From assembly GCF_000150275.1 (NCBI RefSeq), contig NW_002060951.1:1188297-1252296 (forward strand): a stretch of 64,000 nt of DNA, written 5' to 3'. The notes under the pieces are model-generated. The model was given only the letters and a program-made list of their open reading frames with translations, was not told the origin of the DNA and did no database searches. This DNA comes from Trichoplax adhaerens (Eukaryota; Animalia; Placozoa). Every line of letters starts with the position of its first letter. Within the stretch, counting starts at the first letter, position 1. Shown piece after piece: positions 39,336 through 58,800 of this stretch. A program made the position numbers and the translations under genes.

Positions 39336-41535
39336 TAGTGAATAATGTTATTAAAAGCGATAGATGTAATTCATGCGTACTAGTTGTGGTAGAACTCATT
39401 GCGATACTGTGTATTCGTTATATTTACTTGTATTTATGTATAATTAAAACGTAGTGCTACTGTCCTCTTTAGATATAGCATTGCAGCCTAACATGACATT
39501 ATATAGATTAACATGTGCTTGCATATAGCGTCTATATTTAAGGCATGTACTTAACATATGGCCATGATTTGCATAACACTTTCAGCTTAACTAGTTTAAT
39601 AAAGTTGTGCCCGTACATAAAAGCAAACAAAGTGGATCTAGGAAATCTTTATTATAGTATCTTAAGCTCGCTACAGTATTTGCTGGAATACTTTCCATTC
39701 TCTTACTCGTATGTACAGCGGATATTAGAAATCAGTTATCCCTCTAGTTCTATTCTGAATATACTCTTCTTCCCTGATAATTTGTGTGATCATTTGTTTG
39801 CTACACCATCGATGGCCACTTAACTACCACCTCCATGCACGGAGGTACCTACTGAAGTAGATAGCGATACGTCAGGGCTAGTAACCCTGACGGCGACTAC
39901 ATCACAACGATAGCTTTCCGAATAAATTGATTCAAAGCGTTAAAGAATATGAAAAAAAGTTCAAAGAAGTGATGAAAGCCAAGGCGAAGCCTTTTATTAA
40001 TTACAGTATCATTTTATTCGTAAATTGATAATATAGGCTATTCCATTGCAGCAGCGTGACGATTTATCTTTTGCTTGTTGGCTTCACTTTCTTAATTATT
40101 ACCGCATGTGGATGCAAAAATATTTATTAGTATTGGTGCTGTAGTTCTAGTAGTTGTAGAAGATCAATTACAGGCGTTTTATTACATGCCGATATCTCTT
40201 CCTTGAGATCGATTACCAGAGTTACCTCAATTAAATTAAAGTATTTATTAACGATTAATTCATTGAAAGATAATAGCAATAAGGTTATAAAGATTCCATG
40301 CTTATTATAATGCCACGAGAATTTTAAATTTGCGCTGTGCTTGAGCATTAACCTGTACTCTACTATAAATCAGATTGAATACAAATTTATAGTAATAAAT
40401 CCACCCGTCTTGTATCCATCGTCCATCCATTGGAGTTATTTTAATTTTGTTGATCAAGCATTGGGATAATATTTCTCAATTTCATCAATATCTATTGAAT
40501 CTACCGTCATTAAACTACAGTATCTGATCGTTATGACGACAATGAATCTGAAGAATTCGCTTGCCACATGAAACTCACTGTCTACCAAGACTACTGCAGT
40601 ATCATTCGAATAACTGTGTGATCTACTGAGAGTTATTACGTGCCAGAATATGACTTTAATATGTAACATATATAGTTATGAGTTAAGCCATAACAGGTTT
40701 CCGTTATCAACTACATCGCATCATGACGTCGAGGTGGTACCGTGTTATAGTCCATTGCAAATTCGGATGAATGGATTCAATGGTGAAATTCTCTGCTCAG
40801 CGTTCATTACTATGCGATGACTTGCAACAGAATATGATTAGTTTCATTTTTAAATAAGTAAATGAGATATTTTACTTCAATTGTACTATCCAACGGGGGG
40901 GGGGTGATTGAAATATTAAGCCAAAAAAATAAGAAGGATAATCAAGAAGAAAGTGTTGCAATTTTTCTATCTAGAATCCATTTCGCTCTTCTCTATGCAG
41001 TGAAGCGTTTAAAGTAAGAAGTGAATGGCCATAGGTAACATATTTTCAGGAAGGAAGCATAAAGATCAAGATTGTACTGATTGCGGTATCTAACTCTCTA
41101 TACCAAAAGGTTACACAGTACAAAATGTCGAGCTGATGCAGAGTTAAGCGACTATTTATTCTGAAGAGAAATTGTTTTCTGTTCAGAATCAATTTTTAGG
41201 ATTTGCTATCTACAGTATTATGATATCTATAGTACAGTTCTGGACGGACAGACACCTGGCCTACTTTGGTCAATCAATTGTGTTCAACACTTATTATGAC
41301 AGTACTTTAGTATGCAGACAGTCGATTGTGAATGGACTAATTTTTTCTCGATTTTAAGTAATATTCCATTGCATTCCATTGCCTGTTACTCAATTCTGCT
41401 TAGAAGCAGTCAATTTAGATCATGAATGTTATCCAAATGAATACGAGTGATTTTCGAAAATAGATACGCTAAGTCACTATTTTTCCCCATTTTCTGCCTT
41501 ATCTGGTATGGAAAGTCCGTCCACCCGAGGGGAGT

Positions 41536-42326
41536 TACAGTACTGTACTGTACACCACAGTATTTACAGTACAGTACCTTACATCTACAGTACAGTACAG
41601 AACAGTACAGTACCTTACATCTACAGTACAGTACAGTACAGTACAAATTGTAGGGTGACATTATTTTTGCAACAGACTCTATAGTATAAAGTATTTTTTG
41701 CATTTGTATTAACGTCCAGTACAGTACAGTATTTACACTACCTTACATCTACAGTACAGTACAAACTGCACGGTGACATTATTTTTACAACAGACTCTAC
41801 AGTATAAAGTATTTTTTTGCATTTGTATTGACGTGCAATAAGTACAGTACAGTACAGTACAAATTGCAGGGTGACATTATTTTTGCAATAAACTCGACAG
41901 TATAAAGTATTTTTTGCATTTGTATTGATGTGCAGTACAGTACTGTACATCTAGAGTACAGTACAAATTCTAGGGTGACATTATTTTTGCAATAAACTCG
42001 ACAGTATAAAGTATTTTTTGCATTTGTATTGATGTGCAGTACAGTACTGTACATCTAGAGTACAGTACAAATTGTAGGGTGACATTATTTTTGCAATAAA
42101 CTCTACAGTATAAAGTATTTTTTGCATTTGTATTAACGTGCAGTACAGTACCGTACTGGAGTCTGAGACTCAGTACGGTACAGTACAGTATTTACAGTAC
42201 CTTACATCGACAGTACAGTACAAACTGAAGGGTGACATTATTTTTGCAATAGACTCTACAGTATAAAGTAGTTTTTGCATTTGTATTAACGTCGAGTACA
42301 GTACTGGACGTGACAGTGTACAGTAC
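41536..42326. repeat. Complex minisatellite: six 98-153-bp units interleaved with (CAGTA)n
   Basis: Core GGTGACATTATTTTT...CTCTACAGTATAAAGTATTTTTTGCATTTGTATT at 41654, 41772, 41870, 41974, 42078 and 42231, separated by CAGTA runs. Confidence 0.95.
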
Positions 42327-42392
42327 AATGCACTGCATGTTGAATAATAGTCACTTGGTCAATTGGCAAGTTGCAGATGCAGAAAACTACCT

Positions 42393-47610
<5,218 letters not shown>

Positions 47611-48427
47611 TATTGTTTGTATTGCCAATGCTATCAACAACAGCATTTGTTGTTAATTACTTTATTATCAGAAGATTCGAAATTGTCATGTACTATATAA
47701 TCTATAATTTCTTCACTATCTATCTATAACACCGGAGGATGGTTCCTATTATAATTATACTCTTAGAGAATTTTCACAGTTTTTGCTTCGCTTTTTATGG
47801 AAGTATACTATTTTAAGTATTAATTTAAAATTTGTTGTAGGGTAAACTGTTGCATTTATTTGCATTTCGGTGAATTTATTGCCGTGTATTAATACAATAT
47901 TCTACAAAACGAGAAAGCGAAATTTAACTGTAAATAATAGTGAGACTGGATAATGCTTTAACATTACGCAGTAAGATATTGTATAAATACAATATAATCA
48001 AATATTTTAGAAACGAATTGTAAAAGTTAATATTAATGTTCTCATCATGTATATGGCACTATAATTAATTACAATATTGCCATGTGAGAATAATATTGTA
48101 AAGAATGTATCAGCAATCAGAGATGCTATATGGGGATGTACAGTAACATCACAGAAAAATGGTGAATATTTTATAACACTGTACAGTAAAACTGTATGTT
48201 TAATCATCACGTACGGTAATTCATAGATGCTAAAACAGCTACTCTCACACTTAATATAAGTGAATAAAGTAAACATCTTTGCTACAAAGTTTGATCTTGA
48301 TTGGTGTTGGAGAATGCATTACGAAATCAATTTTCGGGTAATAATAAAAATTATATAGTACATCAGCAGTATTATGATATATACTGTCATAATCTTAGAT
48401 TGAAATACAAAGTACGGTTTTAAGAGG

Positions 48428-51108
48428 TTATGAATCGCTGGAGCTATCAGTAGACATCATGCCAATATTATTATTAATTCCTTGGTCATTTTCAAGGTTT
48501 TCTACTTCGTTATCACTTTCGCTCGGTTGATCGCTTAAATTTTCCTATACCATTTGAGTTGTAGATATTGATCCGGTTAGATTTACCGGTAAAAAAATTG
48601 TAATCTACATTATTTATCGACTAATTTTGAGAATTAATTATCTCCTGGGAATATAATAAAATTAAAGAGTATTGCACGAATAACAATTAAGATACTGACA
48701 GTGATGTATAGTATGCTATATAGGAAAGCAAATGTACGTTGCTTACATTTTGCTTATTGCTATCGTCTACGGCTTCACTATTTTTATTACTGTTTGAAAT
48801 GCCTAAAAATAAGTAAATAAAAGGTTGTATACTTAATAGTCAAAAGACAGCATCATACCCAGAAATATAATTTGATAAATCAAGGAAATATTCAAAGTTT
48901 TGTCAATATACCGTAATCTACATCAATAGCATTATCGCCATTAACATTGTATTCAGTAAGCTTTCCCAAAATTCCTGCTCTCATCTCGATATCAATTGGG
49001 TACGGACGTCTTGAATCTCCTGGTAGATTTTATTTTAGGTATGAAAAATTATTTAAACAATAGGTAATTTCAAAACTTGGTATCACAATTCTGCTTCGTA
49101 TTACCTTGTTGCCAATTTGTTGGGGCGCAAACGGCGTGATTACTACTAATTTCATATGCATACTTGATTAAATCTTCGGAATTTACGGAGCCTGTAATGT
49201 TGTATTAGTAATTAATATCACTTGTGTTACAAGAAAGTACAAATTTTTACGAAGAATTAGTTTTTAACGTACGACTCTCTTCACAAGGTAAGACTTCTTT
49301 TGCGTTTTCTATAGCGGACATCTGATATAATAGAATGTTATAGGAATCTCCACGTTAAATTTAAAAAAATCAACATTATCGCTCTAAAATAATGTGTAAC
49401 GGTTAATGAGCTACTACGTTTCTTTCATAATAACAAGATTACAAATTCGTACCAGACTACTTTCTGCTTGCTTTAATTTGTCCATAAGTTGAACAATAAC
49501 GCGATCTTGTTGAACTACGGCTTCGTTGCATTTTCTAATTTTATTATACACTTCAATTTTACCTTGAGCTAAAGGATTATTGAATAATTAATATCTTAGC
49601 AATTACTGATATAGATGGTTAACAATTTGTGTTCTCTTACTAATTTAGCATACGAGTTAGTTCTTGTAATATAACCTATACCATATAATAATGTAAAATA
49701 AACTACAGTGGGTAATTATTCGTAGCATATGCAGTCACTGAATTACGAGATATAGATACATGGCTTTAGTTCTGATATAAATAGAAATTGACATCCCAAA
49801 TGCTCCTTCCTTTCTATAAGTATATGATTATTAAATATTTGTCAGCCGCTTCTACAGTACTGTAGACTATATCAAGTCGATGCCAGATAATGGAAAAGTA
49901 AATAAAGATTTTTCAACTATTCTAAGCTTAGATATAGGTTGAGAAGCTCTTTGTAGCAATGTACACTATGATTAAGTTAAGTTAACTCATTGATTGCTTT
50001 TATGTTTGAGTAGTGATCTGCTGCAATACGATCTACTAGACATTCAATAATTCTACATTATTCTACAGTATATATATTATATACATTCTAATCTGTGTAG
50101 ATAAACTAGAATAAGCGTAAATTGCAGAACGACTGGCAGTATCGTCTGTTTGTACTTGCCACGGCCTTTGGTGTTTCTAAGAGAGCAATCCAATCAGCTT
50201 ATACTATTACTATCTAACAATACCAATAGTAGATTGCAATCTCGACAGTTCTACCGTAGTACTTGCAGACTGGAATACGCATCAAGTGCAAAACGAATCT
50301 ATGAAATCACTTTAAGATTTCTGATGCGTTGTATCGTAGTTAGCAAGGTGTTTAAAGCACATACATGCATATTAACTCGTCCTATATACAATTTAGATAG
50401 TGGTTCCTGTAAACAGTGTAATAATAAAATTGTGGAATTCTATATCCATGAAATCCATTGAAAAGAGACTGGAAAACTCACCATCAACGAGCGCTTTCCT
50501 GAATTCCTCATCTTTGTTGGCAATTAAGTCAATTTCCTTCAATTTAATGCAACGGAATTGACGGTTAACATAGTACATATATATATAAAGAGAGAATATT
50601 TCATGAATTCAGCTAGTAATAATCTATCGTGCAAGCTTGTAGTCGATTAGTATCGATGAAATGAATCATAACAGCGTACTATAGAGTTATTGCTTATTAC
50701 GGATGATATCGCCAATTTCTTTTACTAAAGAAATCTTTATCGAATGATTGATTCAAATTGACACCATTGTTAACAATTACATACCTTGCTAGCATTACTG
50801 GTATCTCTGATATTGACATTGACCTTTCTTAAGGTTTCCCTATAGATCGGAGCATTATCAATAAGTTTGTGATTGGAAATTGCAATTTCAGCCTACTGTA
50901 TTTTATTTTTCCACCGTAGTAAACTAATTATAATTGCGCTGACTGTAGCAAACTTGACTGTGGAATACTGTGTCTTGTTCAATGCTATTCTACGATGAAA
51001 AGGTTTACAGGAGTAAAGATGGATGAAGACATTAGAAAAATTATCATCGAAAAACCTGGTTAAATTTTCAATTTGATCCAATATCGATAGGAGTGGATTG
51101 TCGGCCAT
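48428..51108 (-). CDS. MED4: Mediator of RNA polymerase II transcription subunit 4, multi-exon
   Basis: Minus-strand exons give MADNPLLSILDQIENLT, DLIANKDEEFRKAL, VVQQDRVIVQLMDKLKQAESSL, SVNSEDLIKYAYEISSNHAVCAPTNWQQ, GDSRRPYPIDIEMRAGILG and C-terminal MSTDSSSDS*. These match the MED4 motifs IKYAHRIS...VCAP..W..GDPRRPYPTDLEMRSG and MSTDSSS. Confidence 0.92.
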
Positions 51109-51229
51109 TCTTCAAGCAGTTTTGACCAATTTTGGCTCGACTACTCGTTGCCTTGGAATCTAGCCGCAGTTCTCGTTCGGCTTTCGTTTCCTTTTAACGG
51201 ATTGGAGGTGAAAGCTTATGAGAATGGTA

Positions 51230-51300
51230 GAGCAGTACGGGACGGTACAGTACAGTACAGTGTACTGTACACTGTACACTGTACACTCAGTGTACAGCAG
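51230..51300. repeat. Short CAGTA/TACTG/TACACTG cluster in the MED4-FBXW9 divergent intergenic region
   Basis: GGTACAGTACAGTACAGTGTACTGTACACTGTACACTGTACACTCAGTGTACAG, about 130-190 bp upstream of the MED4 ATG. Confidence 0.8.
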
Positions 51301-52779
51301 CTTTAGTCTTGTAAGGGAAAAGGTCTTATTCGTAGGTGGCGTATGCTAGTGACATCATTTCTGCTAACGATTCATTGAGAAGGCTAGTTAGTCTGCAGCA
51401 TGCAATCAGATCTAGAGAACTATTTTTCTTCTTTTTCCTATTGGAGGTCGTTATGATTGAAAAATTTTGTATGAACAGTGAGAAAGAATACTTGACTGTG
51501 CTAATAATAATATACTGTACAGTATATAGGCGATTATATCTATACCCTTATATCGATAATTATGTACTGTACTGTTAATGCGAGAGACTTGTGCAAAGGA
51601 TGGTAAGCGCAGCCAAGAAGTTTAGGTCTTAAGATGTGTCCAGCGGATTTATTTCCAGCACTAGCTGATTCATCATAAAGGCACGTAATGGCCAGCCCTG
51701 CGCCGTGTCTGTATTATTTTTAGATGGATCACTTTCTAACAATATCTTTTTATCATAAAAGTGGCGTTCTTATTACTTTATACTTGCATACTGCTGTATT
51801 TTGGAAGAGACTGATCCTTTTTGTACTGCAGAACAATTTCATTTTTTTGTTAAAAGTCACAAAACACTACCATGTGGATTGAAAAAAAAAACAAGATTTA
51901 TTATATAATTATAATCGTTGTCTAAAATAGCTGGTCGCCCAATCTTGTGAATAAACATGCATAATATACTGTACAGTATATAAGATATATCATAGATATT
52001 ACTGAAACATACGCAGTAAAGAAGGACGCAAAGTATCACGGGCCCAAATTTCGACTAATAATTATATTTATTTCTTTTTTAAGTATTACATAATGTATGA
52101 TTGGCTTTATAAATAAATATCTATGTACGTAAATATAAATTCTAGAATTGGTTGGACAATCGATAACCTTGGGGATGGCGACCATTTCTAATATACCAGT
52201 AGACAAATCACTAGCAAAAATAATGTCACTATAGCATGACAGAAGTACTGCTTACGATCTACTGTCCATACTGTCTTTGCTCTATTACTGTATACAACCA
52301 TACGCGTATATGGTACTGTACTACGCGAATCCACACTACAGTATAGTGTCTCTAGTGAAAGCGACAACTGCAGTAAAATGCACTCACTGTCAGGCATCCA
52401 TAGCTCGTCGTATCGGCTGCTCCGACTCCGTTTCGCCACTCTGACAACATCCATCCCATCGGACAATTTAATTAATTATTTATAATTTGCAGGCCCCAAC
52501 TTTTAAATAAGACAACGGGCGGGAAACAACTTTAATACCCTTTCCATCCATAGCGTTATTCAGATACAGTCTTATCATTAACATTAATATAAAAATATTG
52601 GCATTAAGTGAACGCAAAAGACCGGTAGATCCTTCTACTGACACCTTGCCACGGAAGAAGTTGAATGGTATTAGGACTATTGGTCTTCCTGCCTTCTTCC
52701 GACGCCCATGTTACAAGGAAGGTAGTATTCATCCATCGATTTGATATACCATACAAGCAATTCAGTATATAGAGCAACG

Positions 52780-55222
52780 ATGGATTTACTACCTGAAGAA
52801 ATACTCTTACATATTTTCTCCTATGTTGAGTGTAAAACATTAATTTCAACGGTTAAAATACTTTGTAAGCGATTTTATGAACTATTATCAGTGGAAAACA
52901 ATTGGAAATTTCTCTTTCCTGAAATCGGATCCAATCATGAATATTACGATATCGACGATTATGGAAGAGATAAAGTGATCTACTACAAGTGTACAGATAG
53001 AAAATTTTGGAGAGGTATAGATCAACCTATTTCAATTGATTACTTGCGTGGCTCTATTGGTGCAGTCGATGTCGTTCGAATTTTCGATCATGGTCAATAT
53101 TGTCTTTCTGGCTCTCGAGATAAGTCAGTCAATATCTGGTCATTAGATCAACAGTTACGTGGAGATCCTTCTAAATATCATATAGGCTCGCTTGATGGTC
53201 ATAATGTAAGTAGAATTGATACAAAACTCTAATCTTTTTCTTCTTTAAAGCATCAATTCAAATCTCGTTCATCTTGCGTTAATGTCCTTTACTATTCCAT
53301 TACTCAAACAGGGGTGGGTATGGACACTTGAAGAATGCAACAACACTGTTTATTCCGGCTCTTGGGATCATAATGTTATGATTTGGGATTTAAATGCTAA
53401 TGGAAAATTACTCGATACTATTAGGTATTACTTGTCTTGATCAACGTCGAAATAATAAATAAATATCTTTTTACACCTGTCAACAAGCTAAGGATGTTAT
53501 AATTTACTATTTTACTGTATGTATTCGTATATCACATCAGATCATGAGTTGACATGATCAACACTCTAATTTTCTCTTTCTAATCAATTTAACGATATCC
53601 CTTCATAGAGATGTTCATCCAGCAGCTGTCTTGCGCTTACAAGTTAAGGATAATGTCTTATACACTGGCTGTCATGATTCAGCTGTTCGAATGTTTGACT
53701 TGCGAGGTCATTTTGATTTGATTTTGTTTAACATTGATTATATTAAATTCATTTTAAGTAATGCTTTATTTTTAACAAATTGGAATTGCCTACATAAACA
53801 GTTGATTATCGAAATACCAGTCATGAATTGTATCGACATAGAAGAGCAGCCTTATGTATGACCTTTTGTGATGACTACCTTATAACTGGTAGTGAAGATA
53901 AAACTGTGATCGTTTACGATACCAGAGCTAATGCTATCCTAAAGACACTAAAGGTAAATTTTTCTTTGTTTCTTCTAGGTTTGTTTTCACCTTGATATCA
54001 GCGTGCTTATCACATTCTACTGCACAACTTATCACGGAAGCTTCAATCTTTTTAGAAATAACGCACACGTTGCTTATTGAATGATTCCCCCGTATATCAC
54101 ATTTATATCTATTGTATTTTAATTATATAGTTGTACAGTATATCTAGTTCACTATTTACGTTGACCAGAAATATGCTGTGACGACGTCCTTACGTATTTG
54201 CATAATAAGTGTATTGGTATTAATATGTATATTTAGAAATCTTTAATTCTACTGTGATATCTTGTCATTAATAGACAACGTCTTCTGTCACTGCTCTTAA
54301 CTGTGGCTACGATCAACTAAGAGTAGGAATACGAAATGATGTTCAAATCTATAGCACAAAAGACGGATTGTTTACGGAAATGGATGTAAAGATTATCTTT
54401 AATAATTAGGATTTTTTCTGTATTCAGATATCAATTACTAACAATCATTTTTGTTTCAGATTATACCTGAAGTTCATAGTAAAGGCATAATGGGAATACA
54501 TCATGATCTTTCTTGCATGATTACATGCTCCATTGATGGTACTATAAAGGTAGGAACATTCACTAATGTATTCATTAGTTCTAAGTTTAAATAAGTAATC
54601 TAATTAATTATCAATTTATTGTACGTAATCTACGGTCTATATTACTGCAGGCATCGTTATGTGTTGTTTAGTTGCGTAGTTTTACAGCTGAGATTATTAT
54701 GCATTGTCTTTTGACGAGTATCTTTATTCCGTATCGTAGGTCAGCGAAGCTTCAAAGTCACCAAAAGTAATTAAAGTTCTCGATCATCACAAGTCAGCAG
54801 TAGCAAGGGTAGGTAACTGTGATTAATGGAATTGTCTGACGTCATATACACGTATATAGTAGAGTACAGTTGCTATATATGGAGTGAAATTTTGCTAGCT
54901 TTATGCTGTTTCTAGTACTTTCATGCCATAATTACGAAGCGCACTCAATCTATAAGTAGTTTATAGTTATTTAGGTGATGTTACCTTTCGCATACTTTAA
55001 TGTAAGTCATAGTTTTGGCATGCAGTTAGTTATTTAGGTCTTGATGTACGGTTGCACATTGTGGGCTTATGAAATTAATTGGTCATTCCTTGCTATTCTT
55101 TCTGTAGTCATTTATCGTTTTAACGTTATTACCTATAGATCGACTATCGTGATGGTATATTAGCTTCCGCTTCCAGCGACGCTACTGGTACAATCGGAAT
55201 TATTCGAAGATACGGACCATAG
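52780..55222 (+). CDS. FBXW9: F-box/WD40-repeat protein, FBXW9-like, multi-exon
   Basis: F-box MDLLPEEILLHIFSYV...LCKRFYELL. WD repeats: GAVDVV...LSGSRDKSVNIWSL, GWVWTL...YSGSWDHNVMIWD, AVLRL...LYTGCHDSAVRMFDLR, ITGSEDKTVIVYDTRAN, ILASASSD. Motif order matches FBXW9. The 3' end is less certain. Confidence 0.85.
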
Positions 55223-55885
55223 AAAATACGAACACGAACAACCACTAAAACGCGCATTTTCTAAACTCAAATGAAGATTCAATTTCTAAAATATTACATT
55301 ATCAGATATATCAAGTGTTAAGGCTGTAAATTTAGCGTGTTGACTGATGTGGAATTAAAATACATTTTTCTATACTCTACCAGCTTAGTAAAATGCTGTA
55401 TAATATTCTTACTATTTGAGGTTATAGACTTTTCGATTTCTCACAATATCATGTCGGTATTCATAAAGATACATTTAAGCTATATTGAACACGTACAATA
55501 TAATACCCAAAAAAGTAATTTAACGTCATTATAAAAGTTGATCAAAATAAAAGTTATGCAGATTTGTACTAATTAATATTACTAAGTACAAAGTCATATT
55601 TGATAAGGTATATGACTCAAATTTCGGCAGTATACAATGTAACAGTGAACAAGTTTCACCAAATATAACAATATAGACGAACGGATTAAAATTAGTAAAA
55701 AAGAAGCGTTAGCAATACTTAATCTTCAAAGGAAGTAAATAAATTCTTATATACCATAGTAAGTACAATAAATGGAATTCCATTGAGGCAATAGTTTATC
55801 AAAATTGTATTTACAAATTGAAATCATGCAAACACAATATTATAAAAAAGGATTGTATTGGCATCGGCACGGCAACCAAGAGTCG

Positions 55886-58800
55886 TTAAATGATCCTCTG
55901 TGCAGCAACCCGTTCTTTCAGCTCGGCAACGTACTTTTGTAATTGATTGGAATCAGTCAAAAATAAAACAAATATTCGTCGCTCAAAAGCAACATATTGA
56001 TCAGCTTGTAAAACCTATTAACAGAGATGAAAAATATTAACTCTATAGAAAAATGGAAGATGATACTCTCTGATATTTTGTCAATACTACAAATTTTAAT
56101 CCCTTACAATACATTATATACAGTACTATAGGACCCTAAGATCGAAATTTAATGATTTAGTTTAAAAGCCGGGTAATATCAATTTACCAACGTTGAATGA
56201 AAGATACGATATCACGTTAACAAGCTCTTCCAAAATCATTGATATTCTGAATTGTCGTATTTTTATATTTGACTATTCACTTTTCGATCAGTCGTGATAG
56301 CCTTTAGTGTGATTGCTAGATATAGCTTTATCTAACCTTTTTCTTTTTGTCAAAATCGGATATAATTTCTTTGAGAGTTTTTTCGAGAGACAATAATAAT
56401 TCTTCAATTTCCGTTAAATTATCTAAGATTTGCTAGAATATCGTGACAATGTATTACATTTGTGAAGGGCTCTCTCGCATAGTACCCAATTCTTAGCATT
56501 GAAAGCAACTTTAGCAAGAGGCGGTCGATAATACATACCTTTGGTGATAGCTGCAAATTTTTAGTTGTGCGATTTCCAGAGAAAATCTTATCTTCCAGGC
56601 TAGTACAACTAAGTAGGCTAGTTAATATTATATAAAATAGTCTGAGTATTATTCCTTGCGAGAGCTACCGTTACAAATTCTTTACAATCTCGCATTTAAC
56701 TGATAATAAGATTTCCAAAATAATTACGATAAAGTGAATAACTGTAAATTCATGCCTACCATCGTCGCAATTTTTCTTCGTTGTGAGATTCGAATGAAGT
56801 TAATGCAACACTAAAGGAAGAAACGAGGCGATTTAAATTGCCTACAGCATCAACAAGCGAAGCGTATGTGATGAAGGCGTTGGGCTCTTCCTGCTTGGTA
56901 TTGGACGGATCTATATCACAAGATGACAAATTTAATTGGCTATACGAATGTAGAATTCGTTTACTTGCACTTGTAATTAGTTTTATTAATTTGGGATTGC
57001 TCATACTTAAGACATTATAGATTCTTGTAAAAAAGAGGTCCCTGTTATCGATGGTATTACGAGGGGATTTGATTGTGATTCCAGCTATGTTAGCTAAAAA
57101 TTCCTGAATGTTAATGAGTTAAGCTTAATACTTGTATCATCGGTTACAAGGAATACATTTCATATTAAAGGTAGAAAGTGGATACAATTCTATCATTGGT
57201 GACTTTTGTATCTTCGTCAATCAATGTATGAACAGAAAGTAAGAGTCGATGGCAGTCACGGAGTTTTTTTGCTTCTATTTCCAATGCCATTGAAAGAAAT
57301 TGCTCACATGAACGTAAAAACATTAATTTGTTTATCACCTGCAAATGGTTAATATTTAAGTTATAGATTACCATATACTCTTAAATACCAAAACCGTTAA
57401 TAAAATCAAGCTATTGTGTAAACTAAACTACCTCATCTTGTTTGGAAGTGAAGTAGTTCTGACGCGCAATTTTGAGATCATAATCTCCTCGTAATATTGG
57501 AGTGTCGATTAAGCGAGCTTCCCGTTTTAGGGCATTGCTCAGGGATGTACTTTGTATGGTATTAATATCGTCACGAATCTGATGGAGGATCTCACTCTTT
57601 TCCTTTTCCAACTGCCTGTTATGTGCCAAATTAAATGAAACGATCGTGAATGAGTGAATTTTGTAACTGTTGGTTTTTATTGTTATCAATTTAGAATGCT
57701 AAGTCTTAGGAGCCTTACATTACCTTAGAAAGACTACATTTCGCTGAAGGAGGAACTCATGTGATCCAAGTTGTACTTTCGCAAAGTTGATAGCGCTTTG
57801 AATACCACTTAAGCGTGCCTTTGCCTTAATTTGTTGTAATTTGCTCAATGGATATCTGAAGTAGGTAACATCCATAATTTGAAGCGATGCATTTATTACA
57901 GGTTCCACGGTTCAAGAGATATAGAAAAGTTATTACCACATTGTTATTTAAAGATGTAAATACTGAAATGAATAGAATCTGGACAATATAGGCTTGACAG
58001 CATTTGATTCGAGTCATACTACGCAAAAGCGATTATAATAAGCGATCAATAAGAAACGTTTAATTGTATTGCATTGATGATTCTGGACACACATTTAAAT
58101 TGCAATCAATGACTTACATTTGTTGTAATCTAGATAGCTCTTGACGCTCCTGGGAATACCGTTCTTCAGACTTTCCTAGATTTTGCCAATAAATAGTAAT
58201 TTAAGATTATACCGTACTTTTAATTTAATATGTAAATTCTAGTGAGATTCATTTATTTCTTTTTTATTTTAATGTGCTAACCTCTTAATAATTCCTCCAA
58301 TGGATTATTGATATCAAGTAACTGGTAATAGGATTCATTTTCAGGGCCAACAATCTCTGAAATACCCTAAAAATATACGCGAATTAGACAGATTTTTTAT
58401 TATATGTTGAGCAAACAGAAAAGTTTAAGATTAGCTACGGATCACTAGAAGAAATTTGTAGTGATCCATGAGCTAATTAGCCCGTATAGAATCGTTCAAA
58501 ATATATTCTATGCAATAACGGTTAAGAGTACTATAAAGGACACAATGTTTGATGTTGATGATAACCCACTTATACCTCGAAAAATTGCTTTTTGATAAAA
58601 TTAGTTAGAGTCCTTAAAAATTTTTCAGTACTTGCATGATAATCAGATAAAGATTGCTGATAAAGGAATGGCGGATTATCTAGAAAAAGAGCCAAATTAA
58701 TATTTATAATAACGAGTTACAAAGATATTCATGCCATGGTATTGATAAATACGCGTAGAAGCCTTCACGGCAGTATACAATCTACTTCTTATTTACTGGT

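Noticed and set aside
39960-40830. Coding-like hydrophobic fragments on the minus strand
   Set aside because: Multiple stops and no family motif that I can identify.
40895-40904. Poly-G run
   Set aside because: Isolated homopolymer with no associated structure.
41410-42054. Cys/Tyr/Val-rich ORFs (YCTVLYC..., QYSTVQY...) on both strands
   Set aside because: Translations of the CAGTA satellite, not proteins.
41536-42326. Repeat-spacer appearance suggestive of a CRISPR array
   Set aside because: Eukaryotic context, no cas genes, and the spacers are microsatellite rather than unique sequence.
58439-58467. Intronic inverted repeat GGATCACTA/TAGTGATCC; also the 16-bp palindrome TGACTTTGCAAAGTCA at 62649-62664
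   Set aside because: Short isolated palindromes with no further support for function.
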